Origin: Candidatus Woesearchaeota archaeon
GTDB lineage: Archaea > Nanobdellota > Nanobdellia > Woesearchaeales > GW2011-AR9
Direction of reading: 5' to 3'
DNA length: 64,000 nucleotides
Assembly (NCBI GenBank): GCA_018696595.1
Contig: JABHQW010000003.1
Coordinates: 160,001 to 224,000, forward strand
The translations under genes and the position numbers were made by a program. Shown one piece after another: positions 28,855-42,896 of the stretch. Every line of letters starts with the position of its first letter. Within the stretch, counting starts at the first letter, position 1. Below the pieces are notes generated by a model. It saw nothing but the letters and a program-made list of their open reading frames with translations. It was not told where the DNA came from and made no database searches.

Positions 28855-30332
28855 CCTTTAACATTACCAATTGGAACCAACTTAACAACTTTCTTAGCAA
28901 TACCTAACTGGCTAGATGTTTCCGCAACAATTTCTATATCTTTGTATGCACCACCTGCTTCTTCAGCAAGACCTCTCATGCTAACCCCATGAACATAAAT
29001 TCCTTTCTTCAACATGCTTTCTTGTAACTGAGCACCATCAAATTGTCTTTTAGCAGCAGCACGACTCATAATCCGACCAGCACCATGAGCAGTAGAAGCA
29101 AAAGTTTCTTGATCTGCTTTATCGTTACCAACCAAAATGTAAGATCCAGTTTCCATACTTCCTGGAAGAATTACTGGTTGACCAATTTCTTTATATCTGT
29201 CAGGCAACTCCTCATTCCGAGCAGGACCAAAAGCACGAGTTGCTCCTTTTCTATGTACAACTAACTCTTTCTCTTTACCATCAACAACATGTTTCTCTAA
29301 TTTAGCAATATTATGACAAACGTCATACACTAAATTAATCTCGGTTGATTCTCCAAAAATTTTCTTAAAAACTTCTCTAACTCTGTGCATGATAACTTGA
29401 CGATTAGCAAATGCCATGTTTGCAGCACAAGCCATAGCAGAATAGTAAGCTTTCCCATCAGGAGAATTCATTGGTGCACAAGCTAGTTCCTTATCCAGAA
29501 TATTAATCCCATATTGTTTCATTACTCCTAAAAATTTACGCATGTAATCTGTTCCAACTTGATGCCCTAAGCCCCGAGAACCACAATGAATCATTAAACA
29601 AACTTGCCCATCCCCAGTAATTCCCATAGTTTTAGCAATTTCCGGATCAAGAATATTTTCTTCTTTAACTTCTTGAATTTCTAAAAAATGATTACCCGAA
29701 CCAAGAGTTCCAACTTGATCAAATCCTCTTTTGATTGCTTTATCAGAAACATCTACAGGATTAGCGCCAGGTAATTTACCGCTACTTTCAGTATTAGCAA
29801 CATCATCTTCTGTAGCATAACCATTTTCTAAACACCACTGAGATCCTTTAATTAAAACTTGTTTGAATTCTTCTTTAGTAACTTTTACAAAACCAGTACA
29901 GCCAACACCTGCTGGAACTTCTTTGAAAAGTGTGTCAACTAATTCTTTAATTTTTGGTTTAACTTGATCAACAGTAAGGTTTGTGGTAACTAAACGAACT
30001 CCACAATTAATATCAAATCCAACACCGCCAGGAGAAATCACTCCACCTTCTTCTGGATCAAAAGCAGCTACGCCGCCAATGGGGAAACCGTATCCCCAAT
30101 GTCCGTCTGCCATACAAGCAGCATACTTTTGAATACCTGGAAGAGAAGCAACATTTGCCAGTTGATCAAAAACTCCACGATCCATTGAATCTAAAAGAAC
30201 TTTGTTAGCGTAAACTCTACCTGGAACATTCATCCCTTGTTTATATGAAGTAGGCAATTCCCAAATATTATCTTCAATTTTCTTTATACATTCTGGTGGA
30301 CCCATTTTAATTTCTTTTTTATGACCATTCAT
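28851..30332 (-). CDS. rtcB: tRNA-splicing / RNA 3'-phosphate ligase RtcB
   Basis: ADGHWGYGFPIG, DINCG, GNHFLE, HCGSRG, HRKGA, HGAGR. Confidence 0.97.
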   Translation of the reverse strand: MNGHKKEIKMGPPECIKKIEDNIWELPTSYKQGMNVPGRVYANKVLLDSMDRGVFDQLANVASLPGIQKYAACMADGHWGYGFPIGGVAAFDPEEGGVISPGGVGFDINCGVRLVTTNLTVDQVKPKIKELVDTLFKEVPAGVGCTGFVKVTKEEFKQVLIKGSQWCLENGYATEDDVANTESSGKLPGANPVDVSDKAIKRGFDQVGTLGSGNHFLEIQEVKEENILDPEIAKTMGITGDGQVCLMIHCGSRGLGHQVGTDYMRKFLGVMKQYGINILDKELACAPMNSPDGKAYYSAMACAANMAFANRQVIMHRVREVFKKIFGESTEINLVYDVCHNIAKLEKHVVDGKEKELVVHRKGATRAFGPARNEELPDRYKEIGQPVILPGSMETGSYILVGNDKADQETFASTAHGAGRIMSRAAAKRQFDGAQLQESMLKKGIYVHGVSMRGLAEEAGGAYKDIEIVAETSSQLGIAKKVVKLVPIGNVKG

Positions 30333-30399
30333 TTTAATTACCTCAATATTAGTATAGTATCAATTAACAGAAAATCAGCATAATCTTATTTAAAAGTTT

Positions 30400-30876
30400 C
30401 TAACTAAAAAACATCCCTATCCAAGTACCAACAAAATGAGTAATAACAATAACAATAACAGCAATAAATAAATGTTCAGCAATCATTTTCCAAGGACTTC
30501 TTTTATTTTTCCAAGCCAAGTAATAATTTAACACAACTAACAAAAACATACCCCAAATAATTGCAACAATCATTGCAGTAAACAATTCAAATAACAACAC
30601 AGGAATAATAAAAGTTAACGCAAAAACTAATTTAGTAAAAAAAGTAGCAAAAGTTGATTCCCAGACTTCTTTATGAGTTTTACGATGATCTGATTCCTCA
30701 GACATATGAATACCTAAGGCATCAGAAAAAGCATCAGCAATTGCAATGGTTAAGATTCCACCAAGAACAACTAATTTGGAACTTGTTCCGGCATTTAGGC
30801 CAACCATTAAACCAAGAGTAGTAATAACTCCAGAAGTTAAACCAAAACTAAAACCTGTCCTCATTGAGCTTTTCAT
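30400..30876 (-). CDS. VIT1/CCC1-family transporter-like membrane protein
   Basis: GLTSGVITTLGL, IADAFSDALGIHMSE. Confidence 0.8.
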   Translation of the reverse strand: MKSSMRTGFSFGLTSGVITTLGLMVGLNAGTSSKLVVLGGILTIAIADAFSDALGIHMSEESDHRKTHKEVWESTFATFFTKLVFALTFIIPVLLFELFTAMIVAIIWGMFLLVVLNYYLAWKNKRSPWKMIAEHLFIAVIVIVITHFVGTWIGMFFS

Positions 30877-30973
30877 GAAATAAAAGGAAAATTTTAAGGT
30901 TTATAATATTTTGGTTGTTATTATGCCCACCTAATTCCACAAATCTTTTAAAACCAACCACAAAAAAGCAAAT

Positions 30974-31255
30974 ATGTATAACCCATTAGCAAAAGAGCAT
31001 CCAGCCGAAGTATTTAAGACCTATATCAGCCACAAAGCGGACGAGTTAGGAAGACAGTTAGCAGAACCATTAGCCAAAGCAGTGGGAACAACAGCAACTG
31101 CCTACGCTATGTTAGCATCTCCTTTAATAATTGCTTCTGGATTAATTAATGGTTCAGATAAACCGGTAGAATTATTAGACAAAACAGTAGTCGTTCCTTT
31201 TAATGTACTTGAAAGTTTAGAAGGAAAATTAAGAGATTATTTTACTCGCCCATAA
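30974..31255 (+). CDS. Hypothetical protein
   Basis: 93-aa ORF with TATA-like ctttaaaa about 25 nt upstream. Confidence 0.55.
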   Translation: MYNPLAKEHPAEVFKTYISHKADELGRQLAEPLAKAVGTTATAYAMLASPLIIASGLINGSDKPVELLDKTVVVPFNVLESLEGKLRDYFTRP

Positions 31256-31623
31256 ATATCTTCATAACGAATAATATCATCTTCTTTATACTCACCTTTA
31301 GAAACTTCTAAAACAAAAGCAGAACCTTCACCAGTACTTTTCATTGTGTGCACATGCTTAACAGGAATAAAAATATTATCTCCAGCAGATAAATTAAATG
31401 TTTCTAAGTTCTTTTTAATAACATCAAGACCCTCATGAACCGGTCCACGTAAAACTTCAATTTTACCAGAAATAACGTACCATGATTCTTCACGATAATT
31501 GTGGCTTTGTAAAGAAAGTTGTCCAGAAACTTCAAGAATTTTAACAGAGCATTGTTCATTATCAGCAAATAAAGTATAATTACCCCACGGCCGTTTCTCA
31601 GAATAAAAATCTTTGTCTTTCAT
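31237..31623 (-). CDS. Cupin (type II mannose-6-phosphate isomerase C-terminal-like)
   Basis: RPWGNY, LSLQSHNYREESW, IPVKHVH, DDIIRYEDIYGR. Confidence 0.85.
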   Translation of the reverse strand: MKDKDFYSEKRPWGNYTLFADNEQCSVKILEVSGQLSLQSHNYREESWYVISGKIEVLRGPVHEGLDVIKKNLETFNLSAGDNIFIPVKHVHTMKSTGEGSAFVLEVSKGEYKEDDIIRYEDIYGRVK

Positions 31624-31728
31624 TGATTAAAGAACGTAGTAATCATTTATTAATTTTGTTTAATTGAATTCTCTAATTAAGTACAATATATACATAACTA
31701 TTATAAAACCATCAAGTAAAAACACCCT

Positions 31729-32325
31729 ATGCTTAGTAAAACTGAAATAAAGCGACAATTGTTTCATTTAGCCTTAGGTTTAGCACTAGCGGGATTATAC
31801 TATTTAGACATTATCGGCCCCTTAACCATGTTCTTAGGAATAATTTGCGGTGGCCTATTAAGTTTCATTAGTAAAAGAGTAGATATACCAATCTTCAGCA
31901 CTTTCTTGGATCACTTTGAAAGAAAAGAAGTTAGAAAAAAATTTCCAGGAAAAGGAATGATTTTTTATTTTATTGGAACATTATTTGTAATGCAACTTTT
32001 TGAGAAAGATATTGCTTTAGCAGCAATTATGGTTCTTGCTTTCGGAGATTCAGTAAGTCACATGTTTGGAGCAAAGTTTGGAAAGATAAAAAATATTATT
32101 AGTGGTGACAGTAAAAAACTTTTAGAAGGAACTTTTGCTGGAACTGTTGCAGGAGCTTTATCAGCAGCATTATTTGTGCCATTTCCAGAAGCGTTCCTAG
32201 GAGCTTTAGCAGCAATGATCTTTGAAGTATTCAAAATTGATTTCAATGATAAAACGCTTGACGACAATATTGTTGTACCGCTGATTGCAGGAACAGTAAT
32301 GTTTCTGATTCGAACTTATTTGTAA
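31729..32325 (+). CDS. CTP-dependent polyprenol/dolichol/phytol kinase family protein
   Basis: RQLFHL, LAFGDSVSHMFG, KLLEG, DDNIVVP. Confidence 0.85.
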   Translation: MLSKTEIKRQLFHLALGLALAGLYYLDIIGPLTMFLGIICGGLLSFISKRVDIPIFSTFLDHFERKEVRKKFPGKGMIFYFIGTLFVMQLFEKDIALAAIMVLAFGDSVSHMFGAKFGKIKNIISGDSKKLLEGTFAGTVAGALSAALFVPFPEAFLGALAAMIFEVFKIDFNDKTLDDNIVVPLIAGTVMFLIRTYL

Positions 32326-32418
32326 AAAATTATAACTTAATTATCCCTTAAACCACCACAATTCTTTTAAACAAACAATTCTTACAAACTAACATCATAT
32401 CCAAAGAGGTGTTTTAAA

Positions 32419-32970
32419 ATGTGTAATGATTGTGAAGAACATAAAAAAGATAAAAAGTGTTGTGAAGAAAATAAAGAAGAATGTTGCGAAGAAAAAACAG
32501 AGCAATGTTGTAACGAAAAGAAAGATTGCTGTTCTGAAGAAAATAAAGAATGTTGTGAAGAAAGTCCTTCTGCCGAAGAAATTATTGAAGAAGTAAAAAG
32601 AGAAGACGAACAAGAAGAAGCAAAAGAACAACCTAAAGCTTACCCTGCTGAAGAGCAAGGAATAACAGAAGAAACAACTGAAACAACTGACATCAAAGAA
32701 GAGATGGACATGGGTGAAAGAGATGAAAATCTTGATACAGAAGTAGGCCGAGAAAAACAAGTTGAAGATGATGAAATCAATCCAGAAGAAGCAGGTTTCA
32801 TGCAAGGAGAATCTGGAGCTGGTCAACTTGGAAAAGATGCTCTTACTGGAGAACCTTTAATGGATATTGAAGATGTTGTTGAAACAGAAATTGATGGCCA
32901 GATGTACAGGTTTGTAAATCAAGAAAACGCTGAAGAGTTCCGAAAGAAGAAAGAAAAAGAGAACCAATAG
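32419..32970 (+). CDS. Acidic protein with N-terminal CC repeats and a C-terminal TRASH/YHS-like domain
   Basis: Five CC pairs at 7-8 aa spacing; C-terminal KDALTGE...IDGQMYRFVNQENAEEF. Confidence 0.65.
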   Translation: MCNDCEEHKKDKKCCEENKEECCEEKTEQCCNEKKDCCSEENKECCEESPSAEEIIEEVKREDEQEEAKEQPKAYPAEEQGITEETTETTDIKEEMDMGERDENLDTEVGREKQVEDDEINPEEAGFMQGESGAGQLGKDALTGEPLMDIEDVVETEIDGQMYRFVNQENAEEFRKKKEKENQ

Positions 32971-33045
32971 CTTTCTTATTTTTTTATTTATCTTTATTTC
33001 TATTACATAAACCATTATATACTTCTAAGCTAAAAAGTCATTAAA

Positions 33046-34167
33046 TTGCCAATTTTACAACCATTGTATGAAGATGTACAAGTAGAAACATTTCAAGGAA
33101 AATATCAAGTCCAACTAGAAATTCTTCCAGAATCCACATTAACAAGAGATGACATTCAAAGAGTCTTAGAATTAGCTTCTTGGAGAAAAGACCCAAATAC
33201 AGAACCAGTTAGTTATGAAGGGGGCAGAGGTATATTAGTTCCAAGAAAAGAACCAATAACAATTCAAGATCAAAAATTAGAAACATTGTTAATTAGCGGA
33301 ATTGGTTATCGTAAGATGTTAGTTGATGATTCTGGAAATGCAAGTGTTGAAGAAGATATTTTTTATCCGCCATCAACAGAAAATTTTATGGATGGTCTTC
33401 CAAAAGGATTGATTGGCTATAGTTACGCCAAAGGAGAAGAAATCGTTGATGAATTTGATGGATATTCCCCGTTAGGAACATACACGACAGAAACATTAAA
33501 AGAAAAGATTGAACAAACAAGATTAGCATCGGGCTTAGGGTTAACCAAACTGATTGTCCCCCCAATTGAAGCATATGGAAGATTTGTTAATGAAGAATTA
33601 CAAAATGATTCTGGAAACTTTGGGTTCTTAGTTTTTTCGGTTCCAGAGAATAACAAAAGATTCAGGGAAAGATTAAGGAACATAATTTGTAGTGGTAAAG
33701 AAGATAACACCATATTGAATCACGTTCTTCAATCTATGCAATCATTCATTTCGGTCATTTATCCGGGACTGTATGAATTACATTGGAAGGGTTATGCTCA
33801 TGGATCAACTCATTTATCCAATTGGTATTCAGAAAATAAAGCCATACTCAGCGATTGGGAAACAACACAAAAGTTAGATGGAAATAGAATAGATAATGCA
33901 TTAAACTGTTTAATTGATTTTCACAGACCAATTGTAGAGATGTGCCACCTTATTAAAGACTTTGAAATTGATCAAGAACTATTAGAAAAAATTGAAGAGG
34001 CAATATTTTATGATGCGATTGAAAATTATTGTCCCGAAAGATATCCTGGATTCAATCTTGATCCCAGAAAAATAGATTTAAGAGACAAAGATTCAAAAAC
34101 AAGACCAGAGTTAATTGAATGGATGAAGCAATGTATGGAAACAGAATTATCACTAAAAATTGTATAG
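33046..34167 (+). CDS. Hypothetical protein, possible atypical kinase-like fold
   Basis: HGSTHLSN...LSDWE resembles HxDxxxxN...DFG spacing. Confidence 0.5.
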   Translation: MPILQPLYEDVQVETFQGKYQVQLEILPESTLTRDDIQRVLELASWRKDPNTEPVSYEGGRGILVPRKEPITIQDQKLETLLISGIGYRKMLVDDSGNASVEEDIFYPPSTENFMDGLPKGLIGYSYAKGEEIVDEFDGYSPLGTYTTETLKEKIEQTRLASGLGLTKLIVPPIEAYGRFVNEELQNDSGNFGFLVFSVPENNKRFRERLRNIICSGKEDNTILNHVLQSMQSFISVIYPGLYELHWKGYAHGSTHLSNWYSENKAILSDWETTQKLDGNRIDNALNCLIDFHRPIVEMCHLIKDFEIDQELLEKIEEAIFYDAIENYCPERYPGFNLDPRKIDLRDKDSKTRPELIEWMKQCMETELSLKIV

Positions 34168-34269
34168 CTAAAGCTACTTTAAATATTTATAATAAAAATG
34201 ATTTAACATTAAAACATAGCTAACGCTAAGTATAAATTTCTTTCAATCTAAACAACATAGCTAAAGCTA
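34164..34269. repeat. Three copies of the 13-bp quasi-palindrome ATAGCTAA[A/C]GCTA
   Basis: Copies at 34164, 34216 and 34257. Confidence 0.75.
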
Positions 34270-34279
34270 TTCTAAAATT

Positions 34280-34295
34280 AAAAAAAAGAAAAAAA
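34280..34295 (-). terminator. Oligo-T terminator of the rRNA operon
   Basis: T-tract just beyond the 3' arm of the 23S processing stem. Confidence 0.5.
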
Positions 34296-34320
34296 TGAAA
34301 AGCCATACACAATGACAAAA

Positions 34321-37266
<2,946 letters not shown>

Positions 37267-37428
37267 TCTTGTCTTTGTGTATGGCTCATCAATATGATGT
37301 AATTTCGTGATGGAATTGTGAAACTCTCACTCCATCATATCTTAACCAATAACCGCCAAGAATTAAAATTCTTGAAGATTTATGTTTTGTGCCCTAAAAA
37401 AACTCAATGGATTTTCAGGAACACAAAA

Positions 37429-37504
37429 TGGACCCGTCGGGATTCGAACCCGAGGCCTCCTCCTTGCAAGGGAGGCGCTCTAATCCGGACTGAGCTACGG
37501 GCCC
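37429..37504 (-). tRNA. tRNA-Ala(UGC), CCA not encoded
   Basis: Cloverleaf: acceptor GGGCCCG, anticodon arm CCTCC-CTTGCAA-GGAGG, T-loop TTCGAAT; lies in the 16S-23S spacer. Confidence 0.97.
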
Positions 37505-37546
37505 GGTAATGATTTTACATATGTTCTTTTTTTATAAAAAAAAAAA

Positions 37547-39112
<1,566 letters not shown>

Positions 39113-39274
39113 TATTTTCGTTTTTATTTTACATCCCTAGAATACATTATTGGTCACTTTAAAGCTACTTATTTGGAATTGTCAAAATTTCATCGTCCAA
39201 AATTAATTGGATCACCTATTTCATACTCAATATTAGTTGAGTACACATGTGTTTCTCTTCTAGAAAAGAGGGTG

Positions 39275-39288
39275 TTTATAAAGCTTTC
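39275..39288 (-). promoter_or_regulatory. BRE-TATA promoter of the rRNA operon
   Basis: GAAAGC-TTTATAAA on the minus strand, about 165 nt upstream of the mature 16S 5' end. Confidence 0.6.
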
Positions 39289-39548
39289 TGAAAAAAGCCC
39301 TTAATCTTGCTTAAATGGAGTTAGAAATCACCAAAAATGGTGCTTTTTTCAATAAAAAAATAAAAAATGAGTTACAATAAATTTTTGTTTTTTATCCTCA
39401 TACAATTATCTTTTTCTTTAATCTTCTCGTCGTAAAGTTTAATCCAAACTAATAAAGTTATCCTAAACGACTAAAGAACCAAAGAAAAAAATGACTAAAT
39501 TGTCCCATACCCACAAGATTTAAATACCCCTGAATTTTACTTTTTTCC

Positions 39549-40577
39549 ATGCTAACAAATAAAGAAGTCAAATATTTGAGGGAAGAGTTAGCCAATGCTA
39601 AGAACCCATTATTCTTCTATGATGATGATCCGGATGGTATTTGTTCATTTGTTCTGTTATACAAAATCCATAGAGAAGGAAGAGGAATAATAGTTAAAGC
39701 ATCACCAAAACTAGATTCAAGATTAACCCATAAAGTTCAGGAAAACTCGCCAGATAAAATATTTATTTTAGACATACCTATTACTAGTCAAGAATTTATT
39801 GACCAAGCAAAAACACCAGTCTATTATATAGACCATCACGAACCATTAGAATTAAACAAAGTCAAATATTATAATCCCCGAATTAAAAATCCAAGTGCAT
39901 ACATTCCCACAACAAGAATGTGTTATCAAATTAGTGGAGATAAAAACAATCTTTGGATTGCAACCGTTGGTTGTTTAGCAGATTGGCACATGCCAGATTT
40001 TATTGATGAATTTATTAAAGAATATCCTCAACTATTAGATAAAAACAAAGATTTGAATTATGCTGTGTACCACCAACCTGTTGGAAAATTAGTAAGAATA
40101 TTTTCATTCTTACTGAAAGGGCCAACGTCTGATGTGAGAAAGTCAATAAAAATCCTGACCCGAATTAAAACACCTTTTGAAATACTTAACCAAGAAACTT
40201 CACAAGGAAAATTTCTTTATCGTCGTTTTGAAAAAATTAATCAACAGTATGAAGATTTAGTAGCAGAAGCAAAGAAAAAAGCAACCCGGAGCAAATTGTT
40301 ATTATTTTATTATTCAGAAAACAAATGGTCATTCACAGCAGACTTAGCTAATGAGTTAGTTAACCTCTTTCCAAAAAAAGTTATAATTATTGCCAGAAAT
40401 AAATCAGGAGAGATGAAATGTAGTGTCAGAGCAACAAGAAACATCAGAGACCCCCTCCAAAAAGCTTTAGTTGGAATCCAAGGCCGCGGTGGAGGACACG
40501 AAAACGCTTGCGGCACAGTAATCAAAGAAGAAGATTGGGAACAGTTCTTGAAAAACTTCAAAAGGGAAATTAAATGA
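39549..40577 (+). CDS. DHH/DHHA1 family phosphoesterase
   Basis: YDDDPDG, ILD, IDHH, GCLAD, GGGHENACG. Confidence 0.9.
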   Translation: MLTNKEVKYLREELANAKNPLFFYDDDPDGICSFVLLYKIHREGRGIIVKASPKLDSRLTHKVQENSPDKIFILDIPITSQEFIDQAKTPVYYIDHHEPLELNKVKYYNPRIKNPSAYIPTTRMCYQISGDKNNLWIATVGCLADWHMPDFIDEFIKEYPQLLDKNKDLNYAVYHQPVGKLVRIFSFLLKGPTSDVRKSIKILTRIKTPFEILNQETSQGKFLYRRFEKINQQYEDLVAEAKKKATRSKLLLFYYSENKWSFTADLANELVNLFPKKVIIIARNKSGEMKCSVRATRNIRDPLQKALVGIQGRGGGHENACGTVIKEEDWEQFLKNFKREIK

Positions 40578-40978
40578 ATTTCATTTTGGAAATTTTAATG
40601 TTATTGTTTGCTTGTACTGGAATAATCTTTGGAGTTATATTAGCAATGATCGCGCCCGAAGAGTTGAGTTCTGGAAAAAAGTATTTTTTATTAATGAAAA
40701 GAGTTTTGTTTATAATTCTCTTTTTCTTTGTGAACTATTTATTATACATTGCTGAGAATTATGTTTTAATTATAGTGTTTAGTATATTAGCAATAATCTT
40801 GTTTGTAATTGAATTAACTATTTGGAAAAAAGCTTATGAAATTGCTAATTATGTTATATTCTTAATACCTTACTTTTTTGTTCTTGGAAGCAATAATAAA
40901 ATGATTTTAGCAACAATGATATTTATTTATGGATTACCAACAGGAACACTAATTAAGAGAAAGTTAGAAAATGTCTAA
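40574..40978 (+). CDS. Membrane protein
   Basis: Hydrophobic 134 aa; ATGA overlap with the DHH gene. Confidence 0.7.
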   Translation: MNFILEILMLLFACTGIIFGVILAMIAPEELSSGKKYFLLMKRVLFIILFFFVNYLLYIAENYVLIIVFSILAIILFVIELTIWKKAYEIANYVIFLIPYFFVLGSNNKMILATMIFIYGLPTGTLIKRKLENV

Positions 40979-41618
40979 GACAGATTTAGAAGAAAAGATT
41001 AAAGAAAAAGTTTCCAGTTTGTTAGAAGAAACCATGGAAAAGCATTGGGGTATTACAATTCCCAAAATCGAAGAAGATTTAAGTGGGAAATTAAGCCATC
41101 CTCAACTGAATATTTATGTTCCTTTAAATTTAAGTTTTTCCGCTGCAAAGAAATTCTTCAAAGCAGAGTTTCTAAAAAGAGAATTGAGATTGCATAAAGG
41201 CAACATTTCACAATTAGCTAAAGTATTAGGTATCGATCGAAGAAGCGTACATCGAGTAATTAAAGATTTGGGTGTTGATGTAGAAAAATTGAGGAAAGAA
41301 ATCCAATCAATCGAAGATTCTCAGACTGGTTTTGTTGATCACGCAATTCGTTCAACTCTTGACCAATATAAAGAAGTAATCCAGCCACAAAAAATGGAAA
41401 AGATGTATGAAGAAGTTCATGAACTTTCTAGAAACATTGCCAAGATTCTTCCGCACCAAGAACTAAGTTGGAAAGAAGCTGAGAAAGAGTTTGAGAGACA
41501 GTTTTTGAGTGAAGCACTTAAAGAAAGTAAAGGTGTTGTTACAAAAGCAGCTTCTAAGTTAAAAATTCGGGTAGAGACTTTACATCGGAAGATTAAAAGG
41601 TTAGGATTGGAGAGATGA
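40971..41618 (+). CDS. Protein with two Fis-type HTH domains
   Basis: FLKRELRLHKGNISQLAKVLGIDRRSVHRVI and FLSEALKESKGVVTKAASKLKIRVETLHRKI. Confidence 0.8.
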   Translation: MSKTDLEEKIKEKVSSLLEETMEKHWGITIPKIEEDLSGKLSHPQLNIYVPLNLSFSAAKKFFKAEFLKRELRLHKGNISQLAKVLGIDRRSVHRVIKDLGVDVEKLRKEIQSIEDSQTGFVDHAIRSTLDQYKEVIQPQKMEKMYEEVHELSRNIAKILPHQELSWKEAEKEFERQFLSEALKESKGVVTKAASKLKIRVETLHRKIKRLGLER

Positions 41619-41694
41619 GTAGACTCTATCACCAAAAACTTTAATAAGCATTACAAAATCATAAATTAACATTAAAAGGGGATGAGGTAGCAAG

Positions 41695-42333
41695 ATGGTT
41701 AAAAAATTTTTAAAAAATCTATTCAGTAAGCTTAAATTCAATCCATTTGCAAGAAAAAGCCATGTTAAATTAGGATTATATGGGCCACCGAATGGAGGAA
41801 AATCAACATTAGCTAATCGGGTTTGTCTGGATTGGTTAGGTGAAGAAATGTCTTCTGTTTCACATATTGCTCACGAAACTAGAGAGATCAAGATTAAAGA
41901 GCAAGTAAACATTAAAAATAAGAAAGGGAAAGAATTAACTTTTTCTCTTGTTGACACTCCTGGAATCGCAACAAAGATTGATTATGAAGATTTCTTAAAA
42001 AGAGGGATGAAAAAGAAAGAAGCTAAAGCTCGAGCTAAAGAAGCAACTAAAGGAGTTATTGATTCAATTAAATGGCTTGATGAAATGGAATGTGTAGTTG
42101 TGGTTTTAGATGCAACAAAAGATCCATATTCACAAGTTAACATTACAATCATTGGAAACTTACAAGCAAGAAATATTCCAGTATTAATCGCTGCCAATAA
42201 AATTGATCTTAAAAGAGCTAACATGGATGTCATTAAAGCAGCATTTCCACAATATGAAATTGTTGGAGTTTCTGCAAAATATGGCAAAAATTTAGAAGAG
42301 TTTTATGAACAGCTGTTTAAGGTAGCAAAGTAA
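41695..42333 (+). CDS. oapA: Era-like GTP-binding protein (OapA homologue)
   Basis: GPPNGGKS, DTPG, NKID, SAK; followed by DUF2073- and DUF2072-like genes. Confidence 0.85.
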   Translation: MVKKFLKNLFSKLKFNPFARKSHVKLGLYGPPNGGKSTLANRVCLDWLGEEMSSVSHIAHETREIKIKEQVNIKNKKGKELTFSLVDTPGIATKIDYEDFLKRGMKKKEAKARAKEATKGVIDSIKWLDEMECVVVVLDATKDPYSQVNITIIGNLQARNIPVLIAANKIDLKRANMDVIKAAFPQYEIVGVSAKYGKNLEEFYEQLFKVAK

Positions 42334-42415
42334 AATACATGATAGATTATATATAATAAAAAACAAGATTTAAAAAGTGTAAAGATTTACTAAATAAGAA
42401 AGAGGTTAAGAAAAG

Positions 42416-42829
42416 ATGGTTACATTCCAATTCGTTCCGTACACAGACATTGAAGTTATGAGTTCTGCTAAAAGGATTAATAAGCTTTTAAAAATTGTAA
42501 AAGAAGAGAAAATTGTTTTAATGGAAGGCAGACTTAAGAAACACGAGGAAGCTGATTTAATTGAAATTACTATGGAAGAAATTTCCCCAAAGTTCAAAGG
42601 TATTGAACTAAGCGTAGTATATCCTGATAAAAAGAAACAAGATTTGGGTCAAAAAATGCGTGGTGCCTTTGCTAACGTTTTGTTAGGAGACCGACAAGGC
42701 ATGACAATTATTGGACCTGCTTCTGTGGTTAAAAGAATTGAACAAAATCCTGATAAGATTGAATTGTTTACTAAAGATAGTAAAAGTAAGCCAGTTGGTC
42801 CAAAGAGAAGATACAGAAAAAGAAAATAA
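42416..42829 (+). CDS. oapB: DUF2073-family protein (OapB homologue)
   Basis: KIVLMEGRL...EEADLIEITM...FKGIE...MTIIGPA. Confidence 0.8.
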   Translation: MVTFQFVPYTDIEVMSSAKRINKLLKIVKEEKIVLMEGRLKKHEEADLIEITMEEISPKFKGIELSVVYPDKKKQDLGQKMRGAFANVLLGDRQGMTIIGPASVVKRIEQNPDKIELFTKDSKSKPVGPKRRYRKRK

Positions 42830-42896
42830 AGAATTAGTCTTTATTTACGAAAATAGAATCAAAAGTATTAAAAAACAATAAGTTATTTATTTTAAT

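Noticed and set aside
32395-32826. 143-aa Phe-rich antisense ORF
   Set aside because: It is a shadow of the Glu/Lys-rich plus-strand gene.
34164-34269. Mini-CRISPR array
   Set aside because: Repeats are only 13 bp, spacers are unequal (39 and 28 nt) and AT-rich, and there are no cas genes in the window.
34168-34320. 5S rRNA downstream of 23S
   Set aside because: The region is AT-rich with no 5S motifs; 5S is presumably unlinked.
39113-39548. Replication origin near the oap operon
   Set aside because: No ORB/mini-ORB repeats are recognisable and no cdc6/orc1 is present; the region is explained by divergent promoters and the rRNA leader.
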